64,000 nt of DNA from Piromyces finnis finn (taxonomy: Eukaryota; Fungi; Neocallimastigomycota), in contig MCFH01000005.1 of NCBI GenBank assembly GCA_002104945.1, forward strand, positions 1,178,001 through 1,242,000, read 5' to 3'. The notes beneath the pieces were generated by a model, which saw nothing but the letters and a program-made list of their open reading frames with translations, searched no databases and was not told where the DNA came from. The translations under genes and the position numbers were made by a program. Below, in pieces: positions 57,600-64,000 of this stretch. Position 1 is the first letter of the stretch; each line of letters begins with the position of its first letter.

Positions 57600-60173
57600 T
57601 TAACTTATAACAATAGTTTCACTAGAAAAAAATGGTTCGACAATACCAGATTCTGAAATTTTACCTTTTTCATATATTTTTCTAAAATTTATATTTTTAT
57701 TTTCTATTTTAATTTTATTATCATACGTTCTAACCCATTTCTCTGTTTGTGCTTCAATACTATCCTTTTGAAATTCTTCAAAACTAATGTCATCCATGTT
57801 TTTATAATTCAATCCACTGATTTTTTTTACTAACTTTCCATCCATATCATAATACATATACTTTTTTAATCCTCGAATATACATCTTTTTAATTTGTTTA
57901 AAATCCCATCCATCTATTAATTCATCTGACTGATTTTTATCAATATAATCCATTAACTTTTTATTTCCTTTAATAAACACTGAATCTGTATCACAATATA
58001 AAATTTGTGCATGACTATCAACTTTTAGTAATTCATTCATTCTTAGCCATAATTTAAATCTGGATTTAGCTGTTATGAAACTAATTAATTGATAACACGT
58101 TTTCGAATTTATGTAATCATCGTATAATAACCATTGCCAATCATCAAAAGCATCATAATACGTGTATTTATAAAGTTTTCTTTTATTAACCAATTCTTCA
58201 ACATTTTTACATAAAGTTCTTTGTGTCATTACAAATCTTTGACCAAAACCTCCTGTTGTTCCATTCATTAAAATTTTTGGTCCTATTTTTTCTGTTGGTG
58301 TTTTGGCTTGCCTTTTCTTTTCATACCAACTTAAAAATATTGGAGATAAATCAAGAGAATCAAATATATAAACATTTTTAATTTCTATAACATCAATATT
58401 ATTTTTCAATGCTTCATATTCAAAATTCCACATATATAACAATGTTGGTACATCATAATTTTCTGAAATCAATATACCATTTCTTTTCCTACATATTGGA
58501 GGAATCGAATAAAATGTCTTGTATTTAATAATAACATCCATGGCCCACATTACTCCTTCCTCCTCTTTTGGTATCTCATGTTGTATTCTTAATAATTTGC
58601 CTGGCGTTATGTCTTGAACTACAGACGGATACATAGAAACTTTATCGGTAACTGCAATAAAATTTTCATCATCTGATTCTACTAATCCATGATAAAACAT
58701 TTCACATCTTCCACCATGATACGTTTCAAGAAATAATGCCTTTTCAAGTAAATTATTAGGAAGATCAGTAAATGTATTGAATATCGTTTGCTTTCCAATT
58801 GAAGATATAGATGTATTCGATAAAACCCATTTATAACCATCTGGATGAATAACGGATTGACACTTAACAAGCGGCTCTAACGATTTGTTTGTAATTTCCA
58901 TTGCTTGCTTAACAATCCTAACGTCATTCATACAATATTCAATATCATCTTTATTTTTATAATCCCATATTTTATTTCTATACCAATTTTTGGGGCATTT
59001 TCCATTAATCCAATCTTTATGCCCTTTATTGATTTTTAAACCATAGACTTCTGGTAATTTTTCAACAGGAAGTGAAAGTAATAATAAGGAATCATAAAAT
59101 ATCAAATTTTCACCATATCTTAATGTTTTAATTTGAGTACCATTACAAGCAATAAGATCATATTCATTCTTTTTACCAATATCAAAGTTTTGAATCATTG
59201 ACTTTAATAATAATATATGTTCAACTTTACCACCATTATGAGAATAACAATATACCAATCCTTTTTTTGACAAAATTTTAACATAATTAAAAAACATCTT
59301 AAAATTTCTAAATGATTGTTCAGTAGTTTCACCTTTTCTCACTGTAATTGCACATATTAAATTTGAATCTTTTGAAATTATTTCATCATCATTTAAAACT
59401 TCATATGACCATTCACAGTCAAACCAAACAATTGCATACACATTTCTCTCAATTTTTTCATTTTTCTTAAATAAACTTTTTATTTTAATGTTATCTCTAT
59501 CATCAGTAAAATCCGGGATACCTTTATAAATATAACCTATATGACAACCAATAGAATATAGCATAATATTATTATTAAAATCTTCATCTTTAATATCTTC
59601 TAATTGCTTTTCAGTTGATAATATTTTTACACTTCTTTTATATTTATTTTCTACCTGTTCAATTTCACAATAAAAATCATCATATTTTTTATGCATCAAG
59701 CTAAAATTCTTTAATTCACCAGCAGATTTACATCTTAACTCTGGATTCATATATTTAATTGATGAAATAATCAAACACTTATTTATTGACCTTGTAAAAC
59801 ATAAGGTATAGATTTTATTATTTATTCTTTTTGTTAACATAAACTCTTTGCCTTTTCCATTCCAAGGTTTTATTGCTTTAATACCAACTAGCACTGGTTC
59901 AACTTCACTGTATTCAATTGCATCTCCATATTCATCATAAACAACATTTTCAAAATCATTATGTATCGAATCCCAAAATGATCTTTTTACAACAGTAAAA
60001 TACGCACCAGATAATGATCTTCTAAATACATATCGTACTTCAAACATTCCGCTTTCATAATCATATTCAGAATTTATCGTTCTAAAAATATCAAAACTAT
60101 CTTCAATTTCTTCATTATTACTAACTCTGAAATTAGTATATTCATTATTTATTATATCGGTTTCATCACTCAT
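57600..60173 (-). CDS. Protein-primed family B DNA polymerase (linear plasmid / Polinton / adenovirus type), intact and intronless, 857 aa
   Basis: Motifs occur in the expected order: ExoI WFDCEW (~D252), ExoII YSHNGGKVEH (~H312), FYDSLLLLSLPVEKL...YGL...KG, ExoIII EYCMNDV, YHGGRCE, motif A DKVSMYPS (~D510), motif B KILMNGTTGGFGQR (~K633), motif C YCDTDS (~726-731) and GLKKY. A ~250-aa N-terminal extension precedes ExoI. Confidence 0.93.
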   Translation of the reverse strand: MSDETDIINNEYTNFRVSNNEEIEDSFDIFRTINSEYDYESGMFEVRYVFRRSLSGAYFTVVKRSFWDSIHNDFENVVYDEYGDAIEYSEVEPVLVGIKAIKPWNGKGKEFMLTKRINNKIYTLCFTRSINKCLIISSIKYMNPELRCKSAGELKNFSLMHKKYDDFYCEIEQVENKYKRSVKILSTEKQLEDIKDEDFNNNIMLYSIGCHIGYIYKGIPDFTDDRDNIKIKSLFKKNEKIERNVYAIVWFDCEWSYEVLNDDEIISKDSNLICAITVRKGETTEQSFRNFKMFFNYVKILSKKGLVYCYSHNGGKVEHILLLKSMIQNFDIGKKNEYDLIACNGTQIKTLRYGENLIFYDSLLLLSLPVEKLPEVYGLKINKGHKDWINGKCPKNWYRNKIWDYKNKDDIEYCMNDVRIVKQAMEITNKSLEPLVKCQSVIHPDGYKWVLSNTSISSIGKQTIFNTFTDLPNNLLEKALFLETYHGGRCEMFYHGLVESDDENFIAVTDKVSMYPSVVQDITPGKLLRIQHEIPKEEEGVMWAMDVIIKYKTFYSIPPICRKRNGILISENYDVPTLLYMWNFEYEALKNNIDVIEIKNVYIFDSLDLSPIFLSWYEKKRQAKTPTEKIGPKILMNGTTGGFGQRFVMTQRTLCKNVEELVNKRKLYKYTYYDAFDDWQWLLYDDYINSKTCYQLISFITAKSRFKLWLRMNELLKVDSHAQILYCDTDSVFIKGNKKLMDYIDKNQSDELIDGWDFKQIKKMYIRGLKKYMYYDMDGKLVKKISGLNYKNMDDISFEEFQKDSIEAQTEKWVRTYDNKIKIENKNINFRKIYEKGKISESGIVEPFFSSETIVIS

Positions 60174-60909
60174 TTTTGGTTTATATTATAGAAAAATGCA
60201 TTTATATATAATATTAATAAAATTATTTATTATATTTTATTATAATTTAAAAACAAATTTAATAATCTTTAAAATATGTATTTTATTCATTTATATTAAG
60301 TATTTAAAAATAATAATGGTTAATGGTTAATGTTAATGCTTTTTTTTTTTATTTTTTTTTTTTTTAATTATTAAATAATTCATTCAATTTAATATGTCAC
60401 AGGCAAATTATTAAAAAGCAAAATAAAATAATAATTAGAATAAAAAAATAATATGAAAATTTATTTACATTTTCTCTAGTTTATTTATTTAATTAAATTT
60501 AAATAATAATTTAATATAAAATAAAATAAAAATATTATTTTAATTTTAATTAGATAAAATGCTTTTGTTATAAAATAAAGTTTTTTATTCAGTAGTAGCC
60601 CTTAACACTTTGACAGATTTTTTTTTTAATTACAAAGATGAAAATTTTCAAAGAATACCATATGTATATATGTATATGAATTATGGCTAATGTTGAACCT
60701 GCCGCCGAGATTAATACAAAGAAATTAACTAATGCATAATACATATAAAGACAATTGTTTATTAATAAAAATTAATTCTAACCCATTTAATTTCAATATT
60801 CTAACAATTCGTATTAAATGGTCAATTATGATGTGTTTAATTATGCTAACTTTATTAATGAATAATATAATATTAAGAGTTACATTTTTTTTAATAACAT
60901 GACTTGTTT

Positions 60910-62270
60910 ATTAATGCAATGCAATGTATATGGCTAATATATACATGGGATATTCACACATTTTAACACTTCCCCTCAAAACCTAATTATTCTTAGATAT
61001 AATTTGGTTTATTGGTGAATCTGTGTATTTACATATTTTGATAATCATTATTTAAATCTATATTTTCTAATATTAAACTCTTTAATTTTGATTATTCTAA
61101 TAGATAAATTCCATAAAATTATAACATATCCAATTAATTTCTTTTATGTAAAACCATCCAAATAATTCAGATTTTAATATAACTAAGAATAAATATCATT
61201 AAATATTATTCCTCCTAAAACTAACTTTCTTTATATATCCATAATTAATTTTTAATTTATGATTCATGATATAATTATATCATTTGTGATGAAAACCTTT
61301 TTCTTGATGGAAGATATTATATTATCTATTAATTGTGAATTGCTTTTAGGTCTTACATTATATTTGAAATATTCGCTTTATAATTGTAGCGATAACTATT
61401 TTATAATATTAAATATTTTAGGGTGCACAGGTTTGTTAACAAACATGAAACTTTTCTTTTCATATTTGTTATTTTCAATATTTTAAGTTTTCTTTTATAT
61501 TTTTTTTTTTTTCTTTATATATTTGCTTTATGCAATTATTTCGGAGTCTCATTAGAGCGTTATTATTAAAGTTTTAATTTTCTATAATTTGACATTCAGT
61601 ATTTATATATTTTGTAAATCTTATTTAATAATTAAATGATTTCTTCAATATTTCACTTCATACTTCCTTATTCTTCCCCTTAAAATTCAAATATTATAAT
61701 TAAATTTTGGATTTTCATAGATGTACATTATTAGTGTAGTAGTATTTATTTCATATTCTTGATGAAATTTCATTTTTAATAACTCATATATTGTTATATA
61801 AGTCTATAATATTACATCTTGCAATCATATTACAATCCCATTACGTGAAAAATACTTCAGATTTTATATCATTCTACTACATTATAGCAACACTTTTATT
61901 TACTCTTTGGTTTTATATCTATATTAAACTGTAGTAATTCTTATGGTTAACTCATTAGTTTCCGTCAATTAAATTATAATTGCATTCTTCAGCTTAGCAA
62001 TAATTGATGCTTTTTGATAAACAATAACTTTATGATTGAATATATTGTACAACATCTTTTTATATATCTATCTTCTTAAATGCTAATGAATTCAAGTTTA
62101 TTTTATTCTAAGAATGATATCTAATAGAATAGAAATTTATATTATTATATGCTTTAAATAATTTTTTTATGTGATTTTATATGGAATTTATATGTAATAT
62201 ATGGCTTATACATTAATGTAATATAATGTATATGGTAAATGTATACATGGAATATTCACATATTTTAACA
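60910..62270 (-). mobile_element. Decayed, internally deleted Ty1/copia LTR retrotransposon
   Basis: Direct repeats at 60910-60968 and 62212-62270 match at 51/59 and both begin TGTTAAAAT on the minus strand. A polypurine tract TTGAGGGGAAG abuts the 3' copy. A stop-riddled RNase H-like remnant (...HK*YNYIMNHKLKINYGYIRKLV...NYLDGFT*K) lies at about 61130-61350. The low-coordinate ends of the LTRs are unresolved. Confidence 0.75.
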
Positions 62271-64000
62271 TTATTGACCTTTTAAATTTTTTGATTTGTT
62301 TATTTAAATTAGTTAATTAGAATGATATTTTGAGTTAATTGTAATGATAAACTTTATCATTTTATTAATAAATACTTTTCTATTTTATGCAATATAATAA
62401 AGTATTGCTACTTATAATAACTTTTTATATATTTTATTCCTGAAATGAGAATTGCCTTTACAGAAAGACTATTTAATTATTTGATATCAAAATTTGTTAT
62501 TCCTTATATCCTGAAATAAAAAATATATATATTTGTTATTTAATTAAAAAAAAAATAATAATAATAATAATAAACGATTTATTTTTATTATTAAAACTAT
62601 TATAATTTGTTTTCATTTAATATATCTTTGATCGTAAAGATAAAAAACACTTTTTTTTATTTTCGAATAAAGCTTTGAATAGTATTTTTTATTATTTTTT
62701 TTTTTAATTTATTATTTATGTATATTTATATAAAATTATTAATGTATATTCATTTTTTTAAATGAAAGCATTCGTTATTATTATTTTTTTAAAAGAATAA
62801 AAGTAAGGAAAATACACTTTTAAAACAAGCAAATAAATAAAGTAAATAAATAAATAAATAAATAAAAAGCTAACTTTTTAACTGAAATATACAATAATTA
62901 TTTTCGTTTTTTTCTTATCATTAAAAAATCTTTACTTAATATATTGAATTATAGTTATTTAATATAATTTAAATATATTTAAAAAAAACAATTTGAAAAG
63001 GTTAGAATTTAAAAAGTTTTGAATTTCATTAATAATTAAATACTTTTTTTTATTAGTACAATATTACAATAGTAATAGCCATAATACACGGCATTTGTGT
63101 AATTTCAAAAAAGGTAAGAATGATTATTTTATATCTTAATATATAAAATATAAAATATTTTGTTAACCTAACCTTTTTAAATTTAACATTTTTGAAATAA
63201 CTTTTAACCTATTATTTAATAATCTTATGTAATTCCTATACATTCAAAAATGGTATACCATTTTTAATAGTAATAAATGAAATAAATATTATTAAAAGTA
63301 AAATACAATTATTTATACTCATATATAGTTTAATATAATTAAAAATACACAAAGTTGTATATTATATTATTAATATTATTAAATATGCAAATTTCTGCAT
63401 GAATAATATTAATATTTATGCATATTTATTAATGTTTCATAATCTTATTTTGAAAATACTTGTTTTAAACTTTTTTAAAAAAATCAACTTTTTTTTTTTA
63501 ATTAAAATAATGATTTCTTTTTTTTTTTTTTTTTGAGTCCAAAAAAGACGAAACATAAATCATGAAAATGAATACTTTTTTTTTTTTTGAAATAATATTT
63601 TAAAAATATATTAATATTTATAAAAAATGAAAAACAAAGATTTATATATTTTAACTGATATATATTTTTTCTTTCTTTTTTTTTAAAAAAAAGTTATGTT
63701 ATAAATTATAATAATAATATTTTAATGTACTTAATAAAACTTTGCAATCAGTAGATATACATTGTTATATATAATCTAAATTAAATATATTTACATATTA
63801 TTATTATGATATAAATAAGAACATAAAATATATAGTAATGTTTTTTATTATTATTTTATTATAACTTTTTTTTTTTATTTTTTATTCCTTAAAAAGAGCT
63901 ATTTTTTTTAAAAATTTCTTTTTAATCTTTTTTTTAAATAGTACAAAATAAATTAAAAAATTGGAAAATTTTTAATTTTTATATTAAGATTATAATATTG

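Noticed and set aside
57600-60173. Using the genetic code to assign a mitochondrial versus cytoplasmic origin to the pPolB
   Set aside because: The ORF is open in the standard code with no TGA-Trp, but some zoosporic-fungal mitochondria also use the standard code, so this is not decisive.
60174-60240. Yeast virus-like-element promoter (UCS, ATNTGA) upstream of the pPolB
   Set aside because: No ATNTGA occurs within about 65 nt upstream of the ATG on the coding strand.
60591-60600. AGTAGTAG as a possible Polinton terminus
   Set aside because: It is in the wrong orientation to close an element containing the pPolB, and no matching inverted end or target-site duplication was found on the other side.
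61259-61486. 75-aa plus-strand ORF
   Set aside because: It lies antisense to the decayed copia pol remnant and has no coding features of its own.

Overview
This window is extremely AT-rich, intron-containing eukaryotic DNA. The (AAT)n tracts, short GT-AG introns and a solute-binding-protein/class C GPCR fusion gene point to an anaerobic gut fungus (Neocallimastigomycota); the taxon is inferred, not proven. Gene models were spliced by hand. In order: the 3' part of NAT1/NAA15 (+); an ADIP/SSX2IP/Msd1-like coiled-coil gene (-); an Msb3/Gyp3-like TBC Rab-GAP with a very large low-complexity tail (-); RPL36 (+); a ~14 kb stretch with no recognisable gene, containing a 40-bp triplication and a degenerate foldback; three very large intrinsically disordered proteins of unknown function, one with an AT-hook and one split by a 1-nt frameshift in an (AAT)n tract; an SBP-7TM receptor (+); intronless threonine synthase THR4 (-); and a two-exon orphan gene (-). 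The standout feature is an intact, intronless 857-aa protein-primed family B DNA polymerase of linear-plasmid/virus/Polinton type (57600-60173, -). It has no visible companion genes or TIRs, carries unusual catalytic-motif substitutions, has degenerate direct repeats just past its stop codon, and lies next to a decayed Ty1/copia LTR element. No tRNA, rRNA or CRISPR array could be supported.
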